A stretch of DNA of 62,752 nt, taken from the IMG/VR virus record IMGVR_UViG_3300032435_000007; one strand, given 5' to 3'. The notes below the pieces were generated by a model. It made no database searches, was not told the DNA's origin, and saw only the letters and a program-made list of their open reading frames with translations. The DNA comes from a virus. A program made the translations under genes and the position numbers. Below are positions 1 to 7,981 of the stretch, piece by piece (position 1 is the first letter of the stretch; every line of letters starts with the position of its first letter).

Positions 1-123
1 TACCAGCTTTTTCCCCCTCGTAATCAGTATTCCATTTTTTACCATTCCACGAGAATGTACCCCCCGCGCCTTTGGCTTTGCGCGCCGCTGCGAATGCTTG
101 TTTGAAACTCTGGGCCATATTAT
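1..123. repeat. Terminal overlap: bases 1-123 are identical to 62630-62752 (circular assembly overlap, or a short direct terminal repeat)
   Basis: Direct comparison of the first and last lines of the window. The overlap falls inside the 5' end of the minus-strand CDS 62073..62747. Confidence 0.95.
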
Positions 124-380
124 TTCCCCCCGCCTGATCTACTGTTGTTACTGTCTATTTTATCGCTCAACCTATCTCCTAGATGGTCGATGCGTATTTG
201 GAGTTCTTTGAACGCAGCCGAAGCTTCAGTACGCGACATAGTGTCACGGGCGACCTGCTCACGCGTCTGGTTCAATAATTTACTAACCCGCTTCACTTCA
301 TCGGAATGACTTTTTAACAAATACATAACCAACCCCGATATAGCTGAAAGGATAAGATTCCACCAATGTACTTCATCCAC
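120..380 (-). CDS. small membrane / coiled-coil protein (86 aa), function unknown
   Basis: N-terminal hydrophobic helix WWNLILSAISGLVMYLL followed by a charged helical tail. GTG start shares a base with the upstream stop (TAGTG), suggesting translational coupling. Confidence 0.55.
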   Translation of the reverse strand: MDEVHWWNLILSAISGLVMYLLKSHSDEVKRVSKLLNQTREQVARDTMSRTEASAAFKELQIRIDHLGDRLSDKIDSNNSRSGGGK

Positions 381-1111
381 TATGCAGCCTCTTCTACTGT
401 AGGTACTATCATAAAATACAGCACATCCGCACCAAAATCGCCCTCATATTCTTGGACACCCATGTGCCCAAGTTTGATAGCTGGGTCTATCCAAATGGAG
501 AACCCACGGTCCCGCGCTTGGTCGCAGAATAGGTAATCTTCACCAATATACCCTTCCTCCGTCAGGAGAAAATCAAATATGCAGGGGACTATTTTCTTCA
601 ACCTACCGTCGAAATACTGGCGGGTAGGGTTCTGTGCAACATAGGAAGTGATTACTTCTCTACGGATCATCATGAATGCTGTTGCAACGCGTTGGGCCTT
701 CACTAGCCCCCTAGCATCCATGGTGAGACTACCTTCGTCTTCGTCTAAATCAGCGATATACACCATGTCTGTGCTGCGGGTCCGCGGCACCCCCGCTACA
801 ATATCCCGCCCGCTTTCCGCGGTCCAAGCCATAAGCCGGAACACATCGTCGGCTTCAAAATTTATATCGGAGTCTATAAATAGCAGGGTGTCACATTCAG
901 ACTCCAAGAAGTCATTCACCAGCAGATTGCGGGCGCGGGAGACAACAGAGCAGCCGCAGATACTACCTATCTGTATATCCACACCGTGCCTAGGGGCGTG
1001 CTGTGCCAGTTTCGCAAGTGAGATAGCTAGCTTCAGGGATACCTTGAAGTCATACGCGGGTAGGCCTATGAACAGTTTCCGCCCAGCGAGAGAATGAGAT
1101 TCCTTTTCCAT
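380..1111 (-). CDS. GT-A-fold glycosyltransferase-like protein, paralog of 24707..25468
   Basis: Colinear similarity to the second copy (SRARNLLVNDFL..LLFIDSDINF versus TRARNELARMFL..LLFIDADIGF). DxD-type motif after a hydrophobic strand. Last large gene of the head module. Confidence 0.6.
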   Translation of the reverse strand: MEKESHSLAGRKLFIGLPAYDFKVSLKLAISLAKLAQHAPRHGVDIQIGSICGCSVVSRARNLLVNDFLESECDTLLFIDSDINFEADDVFRLMAWTAESGRDIVAGVPRTRSTDMVYIADLDEDEGSLTMDARGLVKAQRVATAFMMIRREVITSYVAQNPTRQYFDGRLKKIVPCIFDFLLTEEGYIGEDYLFCDQARDRGFSIWIDPAIKLGHMGVQEYEGDFGADVLYFMIVPTVEEAA

Positions 1112-1112
1112 A

Positions 1113-1412
1113 TCACCCGTAGACCACTACTACTGAAGTGACATTCGTAAGGGTAGCGTATAGCCCTATCTCAGCTATAATACCTTGCCCCGGTAAATCT
1201 ATATGTACCCACCCAGCCTGTGTATCTGTGGGGGTGTTCACCGTAAGGAGGTATTTCCCACCAACCCCATCTATAAGGGCTACAGACCCCGCAGCGGCAC
1301 CGAGGTGGACATACACCGCCTTGATACGCGTACGCCCTACTGCGTTGTCGTTAGCGTCTGCAAACGCCCCAGTGGCGGTCAGCGGTTTTGTGGCTTTAAC
1401 ATCGGTCTGCAT
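1113..1412 (-). CDS. hypothetical small beta-rich protein (99 aa), head-module position
   Basis: ORF tightly packed between neighbours on the late strand. No recognisable motif. Confidence 0.5.
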   Translation of the reverse strand: MQTDVKATKPLTATGAFADANDNAVGRTRIKAVYVHLGAAAGSVALIDGVGGKYLLTVNTPTDTQAGWVHIDLPGQGIIAEIGLYATLTNVTSVVVVYG

Positions 1413-1424
1413 AGTTACCCCCTA

Positions 1425-1709
1425 TTAAGCTGCGGTGGAAACTGCGGTCCATGTGGTAGAGCCGGTTGTGTTAACATACAGCCTAGATGCTACACCTGCT
1501 CCATCTGAGCGGAGGTAAATGGAACCCTGCGCAGCCGCAATGGTGGGAGCGCCTGAACCAGCGTAAATACCAATGGTAGAGGTAGTGCCAGTGAGGAGAG
1601 CGGCCCCGCCACCAGCAGTTATAACAGCCGCGGATTGGGCGGTTACCGCGCCTCCTGTTTGGATTCCTGCGGTAGATACAACTGGGCCTGAAAAAGTGGT
1701 CGTACTCAT
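1425..1709 (-). CDS. Gly/Thr/Ala/Ser-rich small structural-module protein (94 aa from the internal ATG; the ORF extends to 1772)
   Basis: ATG at 1709 is preceded by GGAG 9 nt upstream. C-terminal GSIYLRSDG..LYVNTTGSTTW resembles fiber or decoration protein ends. Confidence 0.5.
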   Translation of the reverse strand: MSTTTFSGPVVSTAGIQTGGAVTAQSAAVITAGGGAALLTGTTSTIGIYAGSGAPTIAAAQGSIYLRSDGAGVASRLYVNTTGSTTWTAVSTAA

Positions 1710-1815
1710 GTCTTTTCTCCGTGTAGTAGCACTGCCCCCCGTTGTCTCTACTACGTCTGCTAGGGCAGTCAACGGGAGTTGTTTTTCCTAGAGTTAGTAA
1801 GATAGCAGAAAGTAC

Positions 1816-1850
1816 ACAAAAAGAAAGGGGGATAATTACACCCCCCTTTC
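1816..1850 (-). terminator. rho-independent terminator downstream of the major capsid gene
   Basis: Minus strand reads GAAAGGGGGG-loop-CCCCCTTTC followed by TTTTT, 28 nt after the capsid gene stop. Confidence 0.7.
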
Positions 1851-1877
1851 TTACTACTACTACTGTTGTTCCGTGAG

Positions 1878-2786
1878 TTAAGCGCCCGCAGAACCCCACA
1901 TGCCCAGTGGGTCGGACCAGCCGAAGCTGTACCGCTCGCGGGCCTTATAACGGACATTCCCCGTCTCGAAGTCTCCATCCATTCCTGTACTCATAGCAGA
2001 GCGGGTGAAGTGCTTCAGGCCGTTTGGAACGTCGGTAGTAAGGAACCACGCGTTCGTATCGGTGAGCCAGTGGTGGACGCCGTAGCCTTCAGGGATAGCC
2101 CCATTCGTGCGGAGGGCGTTCAGATCGTTGTCAGCCGTACCAACGCGAAGCTCGGTTTCGAGCAAGCGAGTAGCAACAAACTGCAACGCAGGTGGGATAA
2201 TCAACTTCTTGGGCTTCGCCGCAATCAGCAGACCGCGTTCATCCGTCCACGCCGAAATCTGAATGACCGCTGCTTCCAAGGAAGTCTCGTTCAAATCAGC
2301 CGGAGTTGTTGGGATGTTTGCGTTTACACCGCCAGACACCAGAGGGTGAGAAGCCGAGAACAATTCAACGCCATCACCACCTACGTAGTTACTGTCGAAC
2401 CCATTGTTCAAGGTAGCCGCAGCCTTCACCTGTTTGGTATAGGCCATGGCGCGAGCCAGACCCTTTGTGTACCGCGAGGACAGCGAATCGTAGAGGTTAT
2501 CTTCGACTGCTTCTTCCGTAATGGAGAAGCCTAGCGCGATTGTCTCGTGGGTATACCGAGAAGTGAATGCTTCCTGTGCGGTATCGTATTCGATACCAGA
2601 ACCTTCGTTCTTTACAGGTGCCGCCCCGAAGCCCGAAAGCTTCGTTTCTTCTTCAAAGGAACGTTCCGAGGTTTCATTCTCGTAGATTTCCTTATGCTCT
2701 TCGCCGTAGCGTTTGTATTCCAAACCAAACAAAGCGTTCAGGCCCGGAAGCAGTTCCTTGAGCAGTTGTGCGCGTGAAATTGCCAT
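1878..2786 (-). CDS. major capsid protein (HK97-fold type, 302 aa)
   Basis: Sits after portal, scaffold and small head genes. The sequence pattern around LKELLPGLNALF..GFSITEEAVEDNLY is typical of HK97-like coat proteins. A strong terminator follows. Confidence 0.75.
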   Translation of the reverse strand: MAISRAQLLKELLPGLNALFGLEYKRYGEEHKEIYENETSERSFEEETKLSGFGAAPVKNEGSGIEYDTAQEAFTSRYTHETIALGFSITEEAVEDNLYDSLSSRYTKGLARAMAYTKQVKAAATLNNGFDSNYVGGDGVELFSASHPLVSGGVNANIPTTPADLNETSLEAAVIQISAWTDERGLLIAAKPKKLIIPPALQFVATRLLETELRVGTADNDLNALRTNGAIPEGYGVHHWLTDTNAWFLTTDVPNGLKHFTRSAMSTGMDGDFETGNVRYKARERYSFGWSDPLGMWGSAGA

Positions 2787-2798
2787 GGTGTGTCTCCC

Positions 2799-3392
2799 TT
2801 AGACGCCAGTTGGGTTGTTATATTGGTGCATACCAGCGTTCCATTTAACGATGACTTCGGTATAAGAACCCGAAGCATTCACCGTTTCAGCAACTACATC
2901 CACGATACGAACCGGCCACGTTGAAGTGGTGTTCGTGGTCGCGCTAGCGGCTACTGCGGAATTGCCAGTGGTGGCGGAACCTGCGTTCTGAACCAGAACA
3001 GCATTGTTGCCAACAACCGTGCGCACTACACCACCAATAACGGTGGTACCGGACACGACTGCTACTTTGAACAATACGTTTGGATCATCTGCTACGTAGG
3101 CTTCAATATCCGAAGCAGTTACGGCTCCGGGATACGACTGCCGGAAGGTTTTGCCATAGGTCGCATCAGTATACGAACAACCAAGGAAAACACCGACAGG
3201 TGTTGCAGTGTTGGTGCCAGTGTCTTTCGCCAACGTCCCAGTACTATCCAACTTGACAACATCACCATAAAAAATGGCGGTTGCCGAGGCGGAAGTAATT
3301 GGAATATGCCGCGTTGCACCGGCAAATACCTGTGAACCAATCAAGTTGACTGGGCGAAGGCCATACGGCGCTTCAATTGCAGGGTAAGCCAT
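2799..3392 (-). CDS. head-module protein, candidate capsid decoration/cement protein (197 aa)
   Basis: Immediately upstream of the capsid gene. Beta-rich, with a Ser/Thr/Ala-rich tract (SATTGNSAVAASATTNTTST). The function is only a positional inference. Confidence 0.45.
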   Translation of the reverse strand: MAYPAIEAPYGLRPVNLIGSQVFAGATRHIPITSASATAIFYGDVVKLDSTGTLAKDTGTNTATPVGVFLGCSYTDATYGKTFRQSYPGAVTASDIEAYVADDPNVLFKVAVVSGTTVIGGVVRTVVGNNAVLVQNAGSATTGNSAVAASATTNTTSTWPVRIVDVVAETVNASGSYTEVIVKWNAGMHQYNNPTGV

Positions 3393-3406
3393 GCCTAACT
3401 CCTATT

Positions 3407-3880
3407 CTAATTGCCACGACCAAAAGAGGTCTTTGTTTTCCGCTCTGTAAAAAGCGGCATTCTCGGATCGTTATCGCGCATGAAGTTGTTATCGACAGAC
3501 TCCATGTTTGCTTTATTCTTGTCACTGAAATATTTGGCGCGCTGCCCTACCATTTCAGTTGGCATCTTACAGAGGAGCAAGCCCCCCATTTCGATGTTAT
3601 CGGTAAACTTGCTATCTGCATCGGACAACTTTGCCAACTGTGGCTGTTCCTCTGATCTAACAGGTTCCCACCCCTCCCGCATCTTACCAGATACGTTTGC
3701 GGCATCGCTTTTGCCCATACTGGAAACGCGTATCCAACGGTAGTTGTACCCGGCTTCCTTAATAGGTTCTGGCAGCGTGGATGCTGGTTGCCAAACCTTT
3801 GGACGTTCCTGATGTTCGCGGGCTTCTAACACCCTGTCCACCCGGCTTTCGGCACTATTGTTGCGTTTTACATCGTTCAT
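3407..3880 (-). CDS. hypothetical head-module protein (157 aa)
   Basis: ORF is start/stop-coupled to the scaffold gene. No diagnostic motif seen. Confidence 0.55.
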   Translation of the reverse strand: MNDVKRNNSAESRVDRVLEAREHQERPKVWQPASTLPEPIKEAGYNYRWIRVSSMGKSDAANVSGKMREGWEPVRSEEQPQLAKLSDADSKFTDNIEMGGLLLCKMPTEMVGQRAKYFSDKNKANMESVDNNFMRDNDPRMPLFTERKTKTSFGRGN

Positions 3881-4833
3881 CAGTTCGACTCCATTTTCAC
3901 GAGTTCTTCAGCATATTGCTTCGGGGTAAGGCCCAGTTTTCTAGCAATTGCTAGTTGTGAGGCCTTCAGTACCACTTTTCTGGGAGAGGTGCTTCGTGAA
4001 GCTGGCGCAACTACATTCGCAGCCTTGGCCTTTTTGCGGGGCGCTTCTGTCGCCGCGGCATCGTCGTCATCCCCGTCATAATATTCGGGGAACCGGCGTT
4101 TCATAGTTGTGTCTACGGTTTGCCAGTATTCTTCGGAACCCACAAAGGAGTCACCATGTTCACGCTGGAGCTTTTGGTGAAGGCCGAGCGCAGAAGCAGT
4201 CATTTCAGGATCGGTACCCCACCATCCGTTGCGCTCTTGCCACGCTAGGGTTTTCTGGTCAGGCCGAGGAATATTTGGCTGCTGTTGAGGCGATACTACA
4301 GCTTCTTCTGGGGCTTGTAAAGTAGGTCTATAACCTTTTACTTGGTTTGCCCTATATGTAGCATCGTTTAACTTGGTCTGCGCATCCAGTAGCTTGTCGC
4401 TATCGCCAGATTCATAGGCCTCCTTATACTCCCGCTTGGCTACTTCTATGGCCGAGTTGGCGTTTTCACCCCAACTAGAGATAAGAGCCTGCTCGCCTTG
4501 GTTAAGCGTGCCTTTCAGCCGTTTATTCTCCTCAAGGACACGATTGGCAAAGGACAGCGCCTCCTGCTGCTCGCGGGACGCCTTCTCTTTCTCACGCCGC
4601 TCGTCATGCCAGACCTTCTTGAACTGCTTCAGGCGCTGTTTAACAGCATCAGAATACTCGCCAAGCTCGTCGTCTTCCAACTCCTTGACCAAATCCTTTG
4701 GTAGTGGTTGGCGATTTCTATCTTCTTCGGGGGTATCGTCCTCTACTTCAATCTGGAGGTTATCATCCTCAAGCGATACTTCCAGATCGTCGTCTTCACG
4801 TTCGTCTTCGATTGTTGGCTTATTGTCGGCCAT
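3880..4833 (-). CDS. scaffolding protein (317 aa)
   Basis: Highly acidic N-terminus, long charged helical regions, positioned between the portal and capsid genes. Confidence 0.6.
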   Translation of the reverse strand: MADNKPTIEDEREDDDLEVSLEDDNLQIEVEDDTPEEDRNRQPLPKDLVKELEDDELGEYSDAVKQRLKQFKKVWHDERREKEKASREQQEALSFANRVLEENKRLKGTLNQGEQALISSWGENANSAIEVAKREYKEAYESGDSDKLLDAQTKLNDATYRANQVKGYRPTLQAPEEAVVSPQQQPNIPRPDQKTLAWQERNGWWGTDPEMTASALGLHQKLQREHGDSFVGSEEYWQTVDTTMKRRFPEYYDGDDDDAAATEAPRKKAKAANVVAPASRSTSPRKVVLKASQLAIARKLGLTPKQYAEELVKMESN

Positions 4834-4849
4834 GGTACTTCCTCTCTAG

Positions 4850-5236
4850 TTATGCGCGGTAAATGCCTCTTGGATCATCGACGACGGCTTCAATGGAGTC
4901 GTCATTCAAAATCCGAAATTCCTGCCCGTGGATTTTCAAGCGTGAGCCTGCGTGGGGACGAACAACTACAAAATCGCCCTTCTTGCACCACGGTCCTCCG
5001 GGAAAGCGTTTATTGTCTATGTAGGCGTCGGGACCCAATTCCATTACGAATAGCACCGTAGCCAGTATCTCTTCGTTCTGAATCGTAATATCCGACTTCA
5101 ACAGTCCACCGGCAAATTCCTTCTCCGCCGGAGGCACCATACACAGGATGCGGTATCCTGATGGTCGTGGAAGCTGTTTTGCAGCGACCTTATCAAGTTC
5201 TGTATCGCTTTTTGTGGCGAGTTTTATATCAGTCAT
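4850..5236 (-). CDS. GroES/Cpn10-like co-chaperonin-fold protein (128 aa)
   Basis: The pattern GYRILCMVPPAEKEFAGGLL...GDFVVV...ILNDDSIEAVVDD is colinear with GroES (RVIVKR..KSAGGIVL..GDIVIF..ILAIVE). Confidence 0.5.
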   Translation of the reverse strand: MTDIKLATKSDTELDKVAAKQLPRPSGYRILCMVPPAEKEFAGGLLKSDITIQNEEILATVLFVMELGPDAYIDNKRFPGGPWCKKGDFVVVRPHAGSRLKIHGQEFRILNDDSIEAVVDDPRGIYRA

Positions 5237-5423
5237 CAGTGTCTTCCATCCTTTGTGCTAGTTCAATAACGTGGTTTTTGGCCATCAGCATACCGCGTAT
5301 AATACCACAGGAGTATTTATACTCATCGTAACTAGACGCCCCGCCCATGGATAGCCCATCAATAATAGACTCCATGTCTCCGTCTAGTGTTTTTGATAGG
5401 TGTACCAGTATAGTATCACTCAT
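5229..5423 (-). CDS. hypothetical protein (64 aa)
   Basis: Small ORF overlapping both neighbours in the late operon. Confidence 0.5.
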   Translation of the reverse strand: MSDTILVHLSKTLDGDMESIIDGLSMGGASSYDEYKYSCGIIRGMLMAKNHVIELAQRMEDTDD

Positions 5424-7981
5424 TACTCTTCTCCTCCTCCTTCGTTAACCGGTGTTTCTTCGCTTTGCGCAGCCTGTTGTAGTAACTGTGTAGCCCTATC
5501 AATATTCTGCGTTTCTGCTGCCGCTTTACGGTCTGCTTCCCGCTCCGCCTCCGCGGCTGAAGTTTTAGCCACTTCTATACCCATACGTAGCCCCGACTCC
5601 TGCTCCTTCGCGGATAGCTGGGCCTTGGAGGTGGCGATTTTGGCACCTACTTCCAGTCCCTTCATGCGCTCTGTGGAAGCTAGACGTTCTGTGTCGATAT
5701 CGAGGCGGTCCTTTGCTTCCGCGCCGTCGAGAACAAGCTTCTTCTCCTTGATATCCAGTTCCCGAGACTTCAATTCCAGTTCCTTCTGCTGCATCTGCAC
5801 AATAGGGTCCTGTTGGGCCTGTTGGGCCTTCTGCTGCGCAGCTTCCTGCTGGTTCTTTTGTGACAGCCCCTGTGCGGCTGCGGCAGCGAGACGGGATATT
5901 TCCACCTCGGTCTGTTCGTCCATCTTTGCGTCTGGGGCAGGGTATGGCACGCCAGCCTGCTCTTCGATCTGCTTGCGGTACTCAAACGCCAAATGCTCCG
6001 AAATATGGGCGTTCATAGCAGCCATCATTGTCTGTGCCGCGGGGTTCTGCCCCATCAACTGCTGTATCTTGGGGTCCTGCATAGCCGACATATGGACCGT
6101 TATATGTGCCTCGTGGTCCTGATAGATGAACGCCTTTACAGGTTTGCCGTTGATAACACTCATATTCTCGCTCACGGGGTCATGCGGCTGCTCGTTGTCT
6201 TCCGGCATAGGGACCAGTTTATTGGCCTCCTTGATACCCAACACCTCAAGCATCTGACGGTGGAGCAGCGGGAGATTGTACAACTGCGGCGCGCCTTGCG
6301 CTAATTGCAACACAGCCTGATACTGCACGACCTTCTGGGCCATGGTGGCTGCATTAGGGTCGCTGACCGGGATAACGTCCACAGTGTCGTAATCAGCCTG
6401 TTTAGCGGAGGCTTCCCCCTCCTCTGGCTCATAGTGGTAGTCATCGTCCGTGTTGTCACGGATAATGCCTTTAAGGATGCGGAATTCCTGCCGCATAGAA
6501 TAGTGGATGCGGGCCTGAATGGCTGACATTATCTTGAGTGTGCGTTCAAGAATCGCCAGTGTCGTGCCTACGGGTGCTTGCGCACTCATATCAGACACCT
6601 TCATATCCGCTGCGGACGCGAAGCGCCTACCTTCCTCTACGATAGTATTGAGAAGCGAATAGAGTACTTGGCTAGGCTCTTTATAAGGCAGCGGCATGAT
6701 ATTATCGCGCATTGTGCCAGAGCCTACATCTACATCCCGGAATTCCCCCGGCCCAATAGGAGTGTCATCCCCTTTGACACGGAGGCTCTTAGTTTTGAAG
6801 CCCCCCGGTAGATTTGAAAGGGTCCCTGCGTCAACAAGCTGACGAATAAGACTAGTACCAGACTTAGCAAAAGCACCGATAAGATGAATAAGGCCAAAAG
6901 CATAAAAGCCAAAGCCCGGAACATACGAATAATGGACAAAATGATTACGCTTAGTTTTTCTGGCATCATCTTCTACCCAGTTCCTACGGATAGCCAGTAT
7001 ACTACCAGAACTCTTGTCCAGTGTAACTATATAAGGCCGTGCTATTTCATCATCGTCATCAACGAACTCGTCGTCTTCGATTATCAGGTTGATGTGCATT
7101 TCGAGCAGTTTGTAGCGGTCATCTGACTCCGCACGGAAGCCCATCTTATTGGCTATCTCTTTTTCAACGTCGTCGAGGGTGTTAACAGGCTCCCCTAGTT
7201 CTGTTGGTAGGTAAAAACCCGAGTTTTGCAGTTTTTTCAGGTCGTTTGGGGTTTTCCGCATGATGTGGGTCACGCGCTCCGCGGTTTCGAGGTTTGAAGC
7301 GCCATATGGCACCACAACATCCTCCGCGGCGACGTACATAGAGGTCTGCCGGTTCAAACTAGGGTCAAAATAACACTTTTTGAACGCATTACCGGCTAGA
7401 CCAAGCCCCCATAACATTCTTTCATGCTCCGGGCGGTACTCAACCATACGTTCTGTAAGCTGGTAGTTCATATCGGACTGCACACGGGCCGCGGCATCGC
7501 GTTTTTCTTGTGTCTCCTTGCCAATAATCTGTGTTTTCACTGGCCCTGACGCCGGAAACGTCTCCATCATAGTCTCGGCCTGAAACTTAACGAGTGCTTC
7601 ACTCAGCAGGGGATGGTGTACGCCGCACGCGCCTTCCCATGGCTCCGTCCGGTCTTCAATCTTCATCCCCAGCAGGTCCAACCCATCCACATAGGTCTGT
7701 ATCCAGTCCTTGCGGGAGCTTTCGTCGTCCTCGTAATCAGATAGCAGTTCAGAGGAGAGGGAATTAAGCACGTTGTCGTCCAGATACTCCGCCATATTCT
7801 CGTTAAAGTCTATGGACTCCTCTGTATCTTCGCCTTCGCCGAGCAGTATTTCCATACCCTCATCATCATCGTCGTTGGCTATGACTACTTCAATATCAGG
7901 CATCTCCTTATGGTGTTCCTCCATCGGATCAAGGGCATCTAGTCCGAGCGGTGCTTGGTTCACTGATTTTTCAACGGCCAT
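5423..7981 (-). CDS. portal protein (852 aa) with a long charged coiled-coil C-terminal extension
   Basis: Immediately downstream of and overlapping terL. Size and position fit a portal. The C-terminal region is Q/E/K/A-rich. Confidence 0.8.
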   Translation of the reverse strand: MAVEKSVNQAPLGLDALDPMEEHHKEMPDIEVVIANDDDDEGMEILLGEGEDTEESIDFNENMAEYLDDNVLNSLSSELLSDYEDDESSRKDWIQTYVDGLDLLGMKIEDRTEPWEGACGVHHPLLSEALVKFQAETMMETFPASGPVKTQIIGKETQEKRDAAARVQSDMNYQLTERMVEYRPEHERMLWGLGLAGNAFKKCYFDPSLNRQTSMYVAAEDVVVPYGASNLETAERVTHIMRKTPNDLKKLQNSGFYLPTELGEPVNTLDDVEKEIANKMGFRAESDDRYKLLEMHINLIIEDDEFVDDDDEIARPYIVTLDKSSGSILAIRRNWVEDDARKTKRNHFVHYSYVPGFGFYAFGLIHLIGAFAKSGTSLIRQLVDAGTLSNLPGGFKTKSLRVKGDDTPIGPGEFRDVDVGSGTMRDNIMPLPYKEPSQVLYSLLNTIVEEGRRFASAADMKVSDMSAQAPVGTTLAILERTLKIMSAIQARIHYSMRQEFRILKGIIRDNTDDDYHYEPEEGEASAKQADYDTVDVIPVSDPNAATMAQKVVQYQAVLQLAQGAPQLYNLPLLHRQMLEVLGIKEANKLVPMPEDNEQPHDPVSENMSVINGKPVKAFIYQDHEAHITVHMSAMQDPKIQQLMGQNPAAQTMMAAMNAHISEHLAFEYRKQIEEQAGVPYPAPDAKMDEQTEVEISRLAAAAAQGLSQKNQQEAAQQKAQQAQQDPIVQMQQKELELKSRELDIKEKKLVLDGAEAKDRLDIDTERLASTERMKGLEVGAKIATSKAQLSAKEQESGLRMGIEVAKTSAAEAEREADRKAAAETQNIDRATQLLQQAAQSEETPVNEGGGEE

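Noticed and set aside
1-123. The terminal 123 bp as true direct terminal repeats
   Set aside because: The repeat falls inside a coding sequence and far from the early/late boundary. An assembly overlap of a circular or circularly permuted genome is the simpler reading. Only read-end data can resolve this.
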